A DNA stretch of 61,374 nucleotides from Candidatus Omnitrophota bacterium (GTDB lineage: Bacteria; Omnitrophota; Gorgyraeia; JABMRN01; RBG-13-46-9): positions 1-61,374 of the forward strand of contig JABMQJ010000015.1 in the NCBI GenBank assembly GCA_013203315.1, read 5' to 3'. Each line of letters starts with the position of its first letter. Position 1 is the first letter of the stretch. Below are positions 1 through 8,233 of the stretch, one piece after another. Made by a program: the position numbers and the translations under genes. The notes under the pieces are model-generated. The model had not been told where the DNA came from. It saw only the letters and a program-made list of their open reading frames with translations, and did no database searches.

Positions 1-138
1 CTTTTAGATAAAATAGATAAAATAGTTATGCCTATCGATTTCGAGCTCAATTATTATTTGAAGATTTTAAACTTTAATGTTTACTGGTGGGCACCTGGTT
101 TAACGAAAATAGCACCATATATAAGTTCGATACAGTGA
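1..138 (+). CDS. 3' end of a gene cut by the window edge; probable GT25-like glycosyltransferase
   Basis: Frame 1 is open from base 1 to TGA at 136-138: LLDKIDKIVMPIDFELNYYLKILNFNVYWWAPGLTKIAPYISSIQ. The PID...VYW.P.L...SSI pattern resembles GT25 C-termini. Not in the ORF track. Confidence 0.5.
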   Translation, partial: LLDKIDKIVMPIDFELNYYLKILNFNVYWWAPGLTKIAPYISSIQ

Positions 139-172
139 TCTAACTTAGAACTGACCGTATCAATGCCAGAAC

Positions 173-253
173 ACAATTTTACCTCAATCTATTGGCTTTG
201 AACTTTTTCCTTGCCATCTTAGACCCCTTTCTGTTACCATATTTTAACACAAA
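173..253. repeat. 81-bp direct repeat, copy 1 (core of MITE-like element ~148-281)
   Basis: Matches 1265-1345 with 5 mismatches in 81 bp. Flanked by imperfect inverted ends gaactgaccg (148-157) and gggtcaggtc (272-281). Confidence 0.9.
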
Positions 254-384
254 TACTGGTACGGTTTTAGGGGGTCAGGTCAGGAATTGGGATTACATAA
301 ATATGGACGGTGTAATGCTCAATGTGCAAAAATTCATTCACACTTTTCTAAAAAAGTGATACATGTTATGGAAGCAAGTCAATC

Positions 385-1221
385 GTGATGAAAAACTTAA
401 TCTTGAGCCTAGCCAAAGGATACGATTTTAATACTTTGAAGCCATTTATTATTTCATTAGAGGAATCCGGGTTTAAAGGAGACTTGGTCTTGTTTGTTTC
501 AGATATAAATGAGAAAACGAGAGATATTTTGATTAAGAGGGGAGTACAGCTGGTTTCTTTTAGCGAGGACTATCCATATCTTGATGGATTTGCATCCGAG
601 AATATCCCAAAAAAAGAATATCTGGGAAAAATGCCTCTTCTTTCCCTAAGGTTCGTAATGTTTTACTTGTATTTATCGAAATACGGGAAGAGTTATTCTC
701 AAATAATGCTGACCGATATAAGAGATGTCATATTCCAAAAAGACCCGTTTGACTTTGCGCTTAACGAGGAGTTATGCTGTTTTCTTGAGGACAAGCGAAT
801 GAGGATTAGTGATGATCAAAGATGGAATGCAACGTGGATAAGGGAGAGTTTTGGCGAAGAAGTTTTGAAAAAAATAGAAAATAACTATATCTCATGCGCA
901 GGAATTGTAATCGGGACCCTTTCTCCAATAATGGATTACTTGAAGAAAATGGTTGATATTCTGGCGGATACTAACAAGGTTTGTAACGACCAAGCAGCTC
1001 ATAATTATTTGATTTATACAAACCAATTTGAAAATCTGAAGTTTTTTGAAAATGAAAATGGCCCTATCCTAACCCTTGCTTTTAAGAAAGAGGAAACAAT
1101 GCAGTTTAATGATAAAGGGCTTATTATTAATGCTAGCGGAGATGTTGTAAATATTATACATCAGTATGATAGGCACGATGGGCTAATGGAGAATATCAAA
1201 AGGAAATATAAGGCTTATTGA
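385..1221 (+). CDS. putative GT-A-fold glycosyltransferase (TDxRDVxFQxDPF family)
   Basis: Motifs LTDIRDVIFQKDPF, CAGIVIG, DQAAHNY and IIHQYDR; glycan-gene context. Confidence 0.65.
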   Translation: MMKNLILSLAKGYDFNTLKPFIISLEESGFKGDLVLFVSDINEKTRDILIKRGVQLVSFSEDYPYLDGFASENIPKKEYLGKMPLLSLRFVMFYLYLSKYGKSYSQIMLTDIRDVIFQKDPFDFALNEELCCFLEDKRMRISDDQRWNATWIRESFGEEVLKKIENNYISCAGIVIGTLSPIMDYLKKMVDILADTNKVCNDQAAHNYLIYTNQFENLKFFENENGPILTLAFKKEETMQFNDKGLIINASGDVVNIIHQYDRHDGLMENIKRKYKAY

Positions 1222-1264
1222 CTCACCCCCAATAGTTGTACCACTTCTTAAGAGAGGGCTCGGA

Positions 1265-1345
1265 ACAATTGTACCTCAATCTGTTGGCTTTGAACTTTTT
1301 CCTTGCCATCTCAGGCCCCTTTCTGTTACCATATTCTAACACAAA
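1265..1345. repeat. 81-bp direct repeat, copy 2
   Basis: 76/81 identical to 173-253. Degenerate ends gactcacccc (1220-1229) and gtggtcatgt (1365-1374). Confidence 0.9.
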
Positions 1346-1371
1346 CTTTAGCATAGTCTTATAAGTGGTCA

Positions 1372-1380
1372 TGTTATAAT
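1372..1380 (+). promoter_or_regulatory. extended -10 promoter element (TGtTATAAT)
   Basis: Perfect TGnTATAAT 11 bp upstream of the ATG at 1392; no clear -35. Confidence 0.5.
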
Positions 1381-1391
1381 AGTGAGAAGTA

Positions 1392-4124
1392 ATGACTAAT
1401 CCTGCCGCAAATACAGTAACACAGATGAAAAAACCATTTCTATCGGTACTTTTTGATTTACTTCATAATATCATTGTGAAGGCCGCGGCCATACCGGGTG
1501 GACTAAAGGATCCAAAAGTAATATACAGATTTCGAGGACTTATAGCTACCTTTATTATTCTGATAGGTTTTTTCGTACTTTATAATAGGTTGCTCATAGA
1601 TAACACTCTTGAGAATCTCAAGTTTTCCCTCGAACAAACCGCACTGGCACAGGATATAGAAGGTGTTAACGGCCTTGATATGGTTATAAACCAGGCTACG
1701 GCAAAGGAAATTTCCCCCATATCGATGAACGCCTTTGACATAGGCAATCTGGAATATGCAACCAGCATAGTGAACACAGGTACGTCTTCCAACCAGCTTG
1801 AATACATGAAAAAAACTCTATCAACCTTGATAGGGCAAAAAGAAGAAGAGCGCGGCCCTATTCTCGCGGCACTGGACAGGATAAACCGCCCCATAAGGAG
1901 GGGAATGGTTTATCTGCTCCATCTGCCTAATTATATCTTTCGACCGCTTTTAGCGCACGCCCAGGTAGGCGAGGGCACGATGTCTATTACGCTCATGGAC
2001 AGAGTAAGGGCCATAGAAAGAGCTGGGGACCTGGAGAAGGCCGTCTTAGAATACGAAAGGTTGATCATCGTATTCACCGAAACCGATAAAGCATCCTTAC
2101 TTAAATTAAGGCTGGCTTATACATACCAGCGTCTAGGTGAATACGACAAAGCCGTTAAATTGTATAAGCAAATCCTGTGGAGATATTATCCTGATAGACA
2201 AGCAAAGATAGCCCGGATTTTTGTGGATATGCTGAAACAAAAAAACAAATTACTGAAGGAAACGGATCTCTTAATCCTGCGCTATGTTGAAACTCCCAGG
2301 GATAATATTGAAATGAGGCAGGATATCTTTTATCAAATAGGCACAATCTACATGAGGTTATTTAATCTGGTAGAGGCCAAGAAGTTTTTTAATAGAGCCA
2401 TTAAGCTTGATCCTTCAACCGACATCGCCCAAAAAGCGCAGTTTAACCTGGCATGGGCGCTGAAACAGGAATATAAGCTGGCAGAGAGCCTGGAAGGGTT
2501 TTCCATGATAATGGAACAAAAACCTGATAGCAAATTGGCCCTCGATAGCCGTTACCAGACAGCCAGTGTCTTGCATTACCAGGGTAAATATAAAGAGGCG
2601 ATAGCCGTCGAGGAAGATATTGCCGAAAAAAGCAAAGATTACAAGCTTGCCTCACTTGTCCTTTACCAGATATTCGGTTCATTTATGTATGACCTGGATG
2701 ATGACGAAGCAGCAAATAAAATATCCGAAAGACTTGAAAAAGAATATCCTACGAACCTTTACACCGGACACGTCAAGATTTCGAAGGAATACTTACTCCC
2801 AACCGCACTAGTATATTTCGCCATCAGCATTTTCTTGCCGCTAGTAGGGCTCATCAGTACTATATTTGCTATTGGCGCACCGATCATATTCGATTTTTTG
2901 GGAGGCCGACTCTATCTGGGCAATCTTATTTTTGCCGTGAGTTTCGCGGCCTTTCTGATAAATAACACTGTAAGAAATAAATTGTTCAGGCTTTTTGGGC
3001 GAGATGTTTTTGTGGCATTTTTACCTTTTATATTAGTACTTATCGCTTCGGGGTTATATAACCTGAGGGGGTCCTTTACGGAGACAGGTCTTGCTAGGCT
3101 AGCCAGCTTCACGCTGCGTTGGATGGAAATGCCGGTTGCTTTTATTTTTGTCAGCAATGTAGTAAGGAGCAAGAGATCTGTCAGGGCGGTTGCCTATTTC
3201 TCTTTCGCGGCGGCTATCGCACTAAGCTTATATGCTTTAAGGGCGTATTTATATATGCCTTTTGAGCAATTATTCGATAAAATGCCGGCAATCACTGCTT
3301 TTTTCAAATCCGGCCTGATAGACGAAACCGGCAGGTTGGGCAAAGAGATAGGATTGGGGCCCAATATTGTCGGTATTCAGCTGGCTATGGCCTTTCCAAT
3401 CGCAATAGCGCTCATTTTTATGACACCCAGCAAGCTTAAAAAAATAATACTCGCTTTTTTAACCGGTATCACGCTTTTCGTGTTGACATTAACGTTTTCA
3501 AAGAATGCGATATTTTCCCTTTTTGTAGGAATGGCGACCTGGGCGACAGTCTTGAAAAGAAGAAAGAAAATCTCTGTTTATCTATTGATTAAAAAAAGAA
3601 TAAAAATTTTTATTCTATTACTTATTACCATTGTCATAGTGATTGCCATCTTTCGCTGGTGGGCTTCTTCGGAACAGTTTAGGCTTGAGCGCCTAAACCC
3701 GAAATTCATAATGACTGAAGTAATAGACAGAATAGCGATCATGCATCAGGCGATAATGACTAGCCTGAGAAATCCCCTGACAGGGGTCGGCCCCGGCAAT
3801 TTCGGCGTTCCCCAGATATGGGATCAATCCCGTCCGGCCGTTATGCTTGAGGCGCATAATCTACTTATTCAAATACTTGTTGAAACAGGGATTTTTGGTG
3901 TCCTGGCGTATCTATATTTTTTGAAAGTTATAATATTAAAAGTGAAAAACAATTTAAAGCCACTGAAACAGCTTGGCTCACCATACATTCTTGCCTCGGC
4001 TCTTGCCGTAAGCTTTCTTGTATTTCTGACGGATCAGATAGTCGACATAAATATATGGCACGGCATAGGAATCCAGGCCGGTATAAACATAGGCTTGCTC
4101 AATGCCATGGCTAACATCGAGTAA
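1392..4124 (+). CDS. membrane-anchored TPR protein fused to an O-antigen ligase/O-oligosaccharyltransferase-like (Wzy_C) domain
   Basis: N-terminal TM helix, TPR repeats (LAYTYQRLGEYDKAVKLY; IGTIYMRLFNLVEAKKFFNRAIKLDP), then many TM helices with NPLTGVGPGNF and AHNLLIQILVETGIFG motifs. Confidence 0.8.
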   Translation: MTNPAANTVTQMKKPFLSVLFDLLHNIIVKAAAIPGGLKDPKVIYRFRGLIATFIILIGFFVLYNRLLIDNTLENLKFSLEQTALAQDIEGVNGLDMVINQATAKEISPISMNAFDIGNLEYATSIVNTGTSSNQLEYMKKTLSTLIGQKEEERGPILAALDRINRPIRRGMVYLLHLPNYIFRPLLAHAQVGEGTMSITLMDRVRAIERAGDLEKAVLEYERLIIVFTETDKASLLKLRLAYTYQRLGEYDKAVKLYKQILWRYYPDRQAKIARIFVDMLKQKNKLLKETDLLILRYVETPRDNIEMRQDIFYQIGTIYMRLFNLVEAKKFFNRAIKLDPSTDIAQKAQFNLAWALKQEYKLAESLEGFSMIMEQKPDSKLALDSRYQTASVLHYQGKYKEAIAVEEDIAEKSKDYKLASLVLYQIFGSFMYDLDDDEAANKISERLEKEYPTNLYTGHVKISKEYLLPTALVYFAISIFLPLVGLISTIFAIGAPIIFDFLGGRLYLGNLIFAVSFAAFLINNTVRNKLFRLFGRDVFVAFLPFILVLIASGLYNLRGSFTETGLARLASFTLRWMEMPVAFIFVSNVVRSKRSVRAVAYFSFAAAIALSLYALRAYLYMPFEQLFDKMPAITAFFKSGLIDETGRLGKEIGLGPNIVGIQLAMAFPIAIALIFMTPSKLKKIILAFLTGITLFVLTLTFSKNAIFSLFVGMATWATVLKRRKKISVYLLIKKRIKIFILLLITIVIVIAIFRWWASSEQFRLERLNPKFIMTEVIDRIAIMHQAIMTSLRNPLTGVGPGNFGVPQIWDQSRPAVMLEAHNLLIQILVETGIFGVLAYLYFLKVIILKVKNNLKPLKQLGSPYILASALAVSFLVFLTDQIVDINIWHGIGIQAGINIGLLNAMANIE

Positions 4125-4180
4125 TTGGATTGAACTTAAGAAAACCATCTCTAGGTTCTGCTATTGGTAATAAGTGCTGC

Positions 4181-5194
4181 ATGAATAACGTTAATCCCTT
4201 GGTATCGATTATTATAGCTTGCTTTAACGGGGAGCCTTATTTGGGCGATGCGGTAGAAAGCTGCCTCGGGCAAACCTATTTAAATATTGAAATTATTATT
4301 GTTGATGACGGCTCAGCTGATCGGAGCGTAGAAATTGCCGAAAAATACGCGTCTTCCGATTCACGAGTAAAGATTTTTCCTGCATTACACAAGGGGTATC
4401 TAGGAGCGATAAATTTCGGGCTTGATATCACAAAAGGTGAGTATGTTAAATTTCTGGATCAGGATGATTTGTTGTCGCCTTGTTCGATTGAATACCAGGT
4501 CCGGAGCCTGATCTTTTTTAAGGCCGAAATGGCTATCGCCAGGGTATTTTTATTCGAAAGTGCCAAGCTTGCGGATGCCCGTAAGAAAATGCCGTCAAAA
4601 ACCCCATTTTCAGCATCGGATAACATTGCCGAAAACATCTTGGACTTCCTGAAGAGATTAACAGGCTCGTTTAGTGGAAGCTTATTTTCGAAAGCGGCCC
4701 TTCAAAAAGCAGGGAAGTTTAACCCGGCGCTAAAAAGCGCTGATGAAGTACATGTATGGCTGAAAATTGCCATAGCCTTTCCCGGAACCAGGGTAGTATA
4801 CTGTAAGTTACCCATGCTCATATTAAAGCGTGTAGGGGATCACTCGGCCGCTAGCAAGTTTATGGATATCAGGTGGCTCTTGCTATCTCTAGAGGGCGCA
4901 GCGAGGGACTACTTAGAGAAGAGCCCACCCCAAAGCGCGAAACTTAAAAAATACATTTTTGACAGGTTGTACATCATTATGGCATATTCTTATCGCGACG
5001 GACTTAAAAATGCAGTTTTTACGGCTCTCGGTGTCTGGAAAAAAGCCGGCTTAAGGCCCCCTATTATAGAGCCGTGGTACCATAACGCGCTTCACCGCGC
5101 GCTTGGCTTTACTTTTGCCGAGGGATTTCTATCAAAAGCCCGGCAACTTCGTTCTCAACTTTTAAGGTCGAAACAACCAAGATCGTATTTATGA
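4181..5194 (+). CDS. glycosyltransferase family 2
   Basis: VSIIIACFN, IVDDGSAD and FLDQDD motifs. Start moved to ATG 4181 from the track's TTG 4130. Confidence 0.9.
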   Translation: MNNVNPLVSIIIACFNGEPYLGDAVESCLGQTYLNIEIIIVDDGSADRSVEIAEKYASSDSRVKIFPALHKGYLGAINFGLDITKGEYVKFLDQDDLLSPCSIEYQVRSLIFFKAEMAIARVFLFESAKLADARKKMPSKTPFSASDNIAENILDFLKRLTGSFSGSLFSKAALQKAGKFNPALKSADEVHVWLKIAIAFPGTRVVYCKLPMLILKRVGDHSAASKFMDIRWLLLSLEGAARDYLEKSPPQSAKLKKYIFDRLYIIMAYSYRDGLKNAVFTALGVWKKAGLRPPIIEPWYHNALHRALGFTFAEGFLSKARQLRSQLLRSKQPRSYL

Positions 5195-6000
5195 ACGCAA
5201 TTCGAAATTTCATACGCCACATTTTAAGCTTGATACCCTCTTCTTTAAAAGAGAAGTATTTATATAAAAAAGCCCGGGAGATAAAACAGAACCTAGTTAT
5301 TGAATGCTTATCGTTCCGCAAAAAACCGGCCGAATACGCGGGAATAAAGATTTATATCGACCGCCTCTTGCCTAGAAATATGAGGCGGATACTTTACACA
5401 GGTTATTATGAGTTAAGCGAGCTAGCCATTCTCGAGGCCTATCTTGGACCTGACGATGTTGTTATGGAAATAGGAGCAGGTATCGGCTTTCTTTCCAGTT
5501 ATTGCGCCAAACAGATCGGCTCGGATAAGGTTTTCGCCTATGAAGGAAACAGTTTTTTAAAAAGTTATATTCTAAAAACCTACAAGCTTAATGGGGTTAG
5601 CCCTAGATCTGAGCATTGCCTGGTCGGTGAGGAGGATGGGGAGATGGAATTCTTCATAATGAGAGATTTCCGGTTGTCGTCAACTATCGAGCATTCTCCT
5701 GAAAGATGCATAAGAAAAATCAAGGTCCCTATGAAGTCTTTTAACCGAGAAGTCGCCAAGAATAAGCCCACTTTTCTAATTCTTGATGTTGAAGGTGGGG
5801 AGTATGACCTCATCAAAAGTGCGAATTTCGGAAGCATCAAAAAAATACTAATAGAAACACATCCTCACATAATCGGTCGTGAAAAAGCCGATTATGTGAA
5901 AAAAAGGTTTAGAGAATGCGGTTTCAGGAAAAAGGATTGCATGGGAGGGGTATATTTTTTCACCAAAGAAAAAAGTAAAAACCTAACCGGGCCCTCTTGA
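5191..6000 (+). CDS. FkbM-family SAM methyltransferase
   Basis: VMEIGAGIG SAM-binding motif, AYEGN, LILDVEGGE. Confidence 0.85.
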   Translation: MNAIRNFIRHILSLIPSSLKEKYLYKKAREIKQNLVIECLSFRKKPAEYAGIKIYIDRLLPRNMRRILYTGYYELSELAILEAYLGPDDVVMEIGAGIGFLSSYCAKQIGSDKVFAYEGNSFLKSYILKTYKLNGVSPRSEHCLVGEEDGEMEFFIMRDFRLSSTIEHSPERCIRKIKVPMKSFNREVAKNKPTFLILDVEGGEYDLIKSANFGSIKKILIETHPHIIGREKADYVKKRFRECGFRKKDCMGGVYFFTKEKSKNLTGPS

Positions 6001-6016
6001 GAGTTAAAAACTACCG

Positions 6017-6086
6017 TGCTATAATATACATATCTATTACACACTTGTTACACTTTCTTGACCAAGTGGTTGCCATTTTTTAGTAT
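6017..6086 (+). promoter_or_regulatory. sigma70-like promoter(s) upstream of the PilZ gene
   Basis: TGcTATAAT at 6017-6025, and TTGACC(6058)-17 bp-TAGTAT(6081). Confidence 0.45.
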
Positions 6087-6126
6087 AATAGATGTAGTAA
6101 GTGTTGCGTCAATTCAAGGGGTTTAT

Positions 6127-6753
6127 ATGAATAAAAAAATAAAGACAAAACTTTTTTTATGCACCGCGGTATTGCTATCAATAACAGGTTTAGTAACCGC
6201 GCTATATGTATTATCCGTCGAGGAGGCGGAAAGCTTTTTTGCTTTCAAAATCAGCTTTGTCTATACGCTTCTTATCCTGGCAGCCCTATTTTTGTTTATT
6301 GCATCGGTTTCCAAGAAACTTTTTCTTTTAATTTCTAATATCTTACATAAGCACGGGGGCATGGAAAAGCTTCTTTTGGATTTAAGGGACGGCACGAAAA
6401 CTTTTTATAAGGAAAAACGTAAATATCATCGCATAAAAACAAAAGGCCAAGTGTTAACAAGAATAATTCAAAAGGAAAAAGATAAGCTAATAGAGGTCCT
6501 TGACTTGAGCTACGGAGGAGCACTTTTAGGAGCTCGGCAGACGAGTTTTCAGAATGGCGAGACAGTGGATTTAAGCATGCACTTGCCGCTATTTCCTCAG
6601 CCCATTGACGTTAAGGGAAGGGTTGTTAGGATCGAACGCGCTTCCGGGAGAGACCCCAAAACAAGCGACGCAAAAAATGTGGGAATAGAATATTTAGATA
6701 TGCCCCGTTCCGACAGAGAAAAGCTAATCGAGACAATAAACACGCTATCGTAA
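6127..6753 (+). CDS. two-TM membrane protein with C-terminal PilZ domain (c-di-GMP receptor)
   Basis: EKRKYHR (RxxxR) and DLSYGG (DxSxxG) motifs; two hydrophobic N-terminal helices. ATG 6127 has an AAGGGG RBS. Confidence 0.85.
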   Translation: MNKKIKTKLFLCTAVLLSITGLVTALYVLSVEEAESFFAFKISFVYTLLILAALFLFIASVSKKLFLLISNILHKHGGMEKLLLDLRDGTKTFYKEKRKYHRIKTKGQVLTRIIQKEKDKLIEVLDLSYGGALLGARQTSFQNGETVDLSMHLPLFPQPIDVKGRVVRIERASGRDPKTSDAKNVGIEYLDMPRSDREKLIETINTLS

Positions 6754-6794
6754 ACCCCGCCGCTAAACAAGCCTTTAAACTACGTGAAAACCAC

Positions 6795-6824
6795 TTGCAT
6801 TTGCCCGGATAAATGGTATAGTAT
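6795..6824 (+). promoter_or_regulatory. sigma70-like promoter
   Basis: TTGCAT(6795)-16 bp-TATAGT(6817) with a preceding TG. Confidence 0.5.
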
Positions 6825-6833
6825 GCTTAATAT

Positions 6834-8177
6834 ATGGTAGGAACTACGCTTCAAACGCGCCTTATTATCTTAATGGTGGTGTCGTCGATATTCCTTATAA
6901 GCGCCTTTACCGCCATTCAGTTAAATAATCAATTACAAAGAGCAGCTGAGCTCAATCTATACCGCGCAAAGCTCGGATCCCTTATCACAAAAGATAAAAT
7001 TCAGAACCTATTTCAAGGTACCGGCGCGGTGCAGGCACCCCTTGCTATCCAGTCGGGGACTGAAGAAATTTTTTCCTCACTTCTTGAATCAAACATAATC
7101 GAGAAAGCCACCCTTTTGGATAGAAATGGCTCGCCATTAACCTCTGTAGGCAATCCGGAATCCGCCCTCGCCAACGACAAAACAATTTTAGAAAGAATTA
7201 CCCAGGTAAAAGATAAAGCCAGATGGCTTTTTCCTTTTGTTGACAAAAAGAAAAAGCGAATTACGCTTTTTATAAATGTTGACAATCCTTACGGCTATGT
7301 AGTTAAACTCGTTTTTTCTCTCGGCAATCTCCAGGATGCCTTAAATGAGGTTTATGTGCCTGTAATGTTTACGATAACCATAGTCGTAATCGGCAACGTC
7401 ATACTTGCCATGCTGCTTTCCAAGGCGCTGATTTCCCCCGTTAAGCTTCTTAACCAGGCAACCAAGGACATAGCCGCCGGCGATTTAGACAAGAAGATAT
7501 CAATCGAGACAAAAGACGAACTGGAAGAGCTTGCGGGGACCTTTAACTATATGACGGTAGAACTGAAAAAGATGAAAGCAAAAGCCGAAAACGCCAACCC
7601 CCTTACTAAGCTACCCGGTAATATCGTGATTCAGGAACATGTGGAAGAAAGAATAAAGAATAATGATAAATTCGTTCTCATATACTGTGACCTGGATAAT
7701 TTTAAGGCCTTTAACGATAAGTACGGCGTGCACGCCGGAGACGATGCCATCATGCTTACGGCTACAATTTTTAAAGAAGCGATGGAAAAGAAAGGGAAGC
7801 CCGGGGATTTTATAGGGCATGAGGGCGGAGACGATTTCCTGCTCCTGACCGTGCCGGAGCGGTCCGAACCAATAGGGGGCTACGTAGCAGAAGAATTTGA
7901 CAAGCGCGTAAAGAAACTTTATTCAAAGGAAGATTTAGACCGCGGTTATATCGAGGGCAAGTCGAGAGAAACGGGTGAAGCGGTAAAATTTCCCATAATG
8001 ACAATCTCTTTAGCCGGGGTAACCAATCTCGAGAAAAAGATAGATTCTTATTCTCAGCTTACAAATATTGCCGCTGAACTGAAGAAAATAGCGAAGAAAG
8101 CCAAAACCGGACATAGTAAGCTATTGATTGACAGAAGGGTTATAGATTTAGGCGCAGAAGGCAGGCAGCAAAAATAA
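6834..8177 (+). CDS. membrane diguanylate cyclase (TM-periplasmic-TM-HAMP-GGDEF)
   Basis: HAMP (PVKLLNQATKDIAAGDL...DELEELAGTFNYM), NPLTKLPGN, DLDNFKAFNDKYG, active-site GHEGGDDF. Confidence 0.9.
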   Translation: MVGTTLQTRLIILMVVSSIFLISAFTAIQLNNQLQRAAELNLYRAKLGSLITKDKIQNLFQGTGAVQAPLAIQSGTEEIFSSLLESNIIEKATLLDRNGSPLTSVGNPESALANDKTILERITQVKDKARWLFPFVDKKKKRITLFINVDNPYGYVVKLVFSLGNLQDALNEVYVPVMFTITIVVIGNVILAMLLSKALISPVKLLNQATKDIAAGDLDKKISIETKDELEELAGTFNYMTVELKKMKAKAENANPLTKLPGNIVIQEHVEERIKNNDKFVLIYCDLDNFKAFNDKYGVHAGDDAIMLTATIFKEAMEKKGKPGDFIGHEGGDDFLLLTVPERSEPIGGYVAEEFDKRVKKLYSKEDLDRGYIEGKSRETGEAVKFPIMTISLAGVTNLEKKIDSYSQLTNIAAELKKIAKKAKTGHSKLLIDRRVIDLGAEGRQQK

Positions 8178-8233
8178 GGTTGCCACTCGAGTAGTATTTA
8201 AACAATCTAGCTTGCCGGTATAAAAGGAGAATC

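Noticed and set aside
173-1345. CRISPR array
   Set aside because: Only two 81-bp repeats about 1 kb apart; no regular repeat-spacer pattern or cas genes anywhere in the window.
138-1380. Integron cassette array (ATCTAAC right after the stop at 138 resembles an attC R'' box)
   Set aside because: No matching GTTRRRY partner or attC-like long palindrome at a suitable distance, and no integrase in the window.
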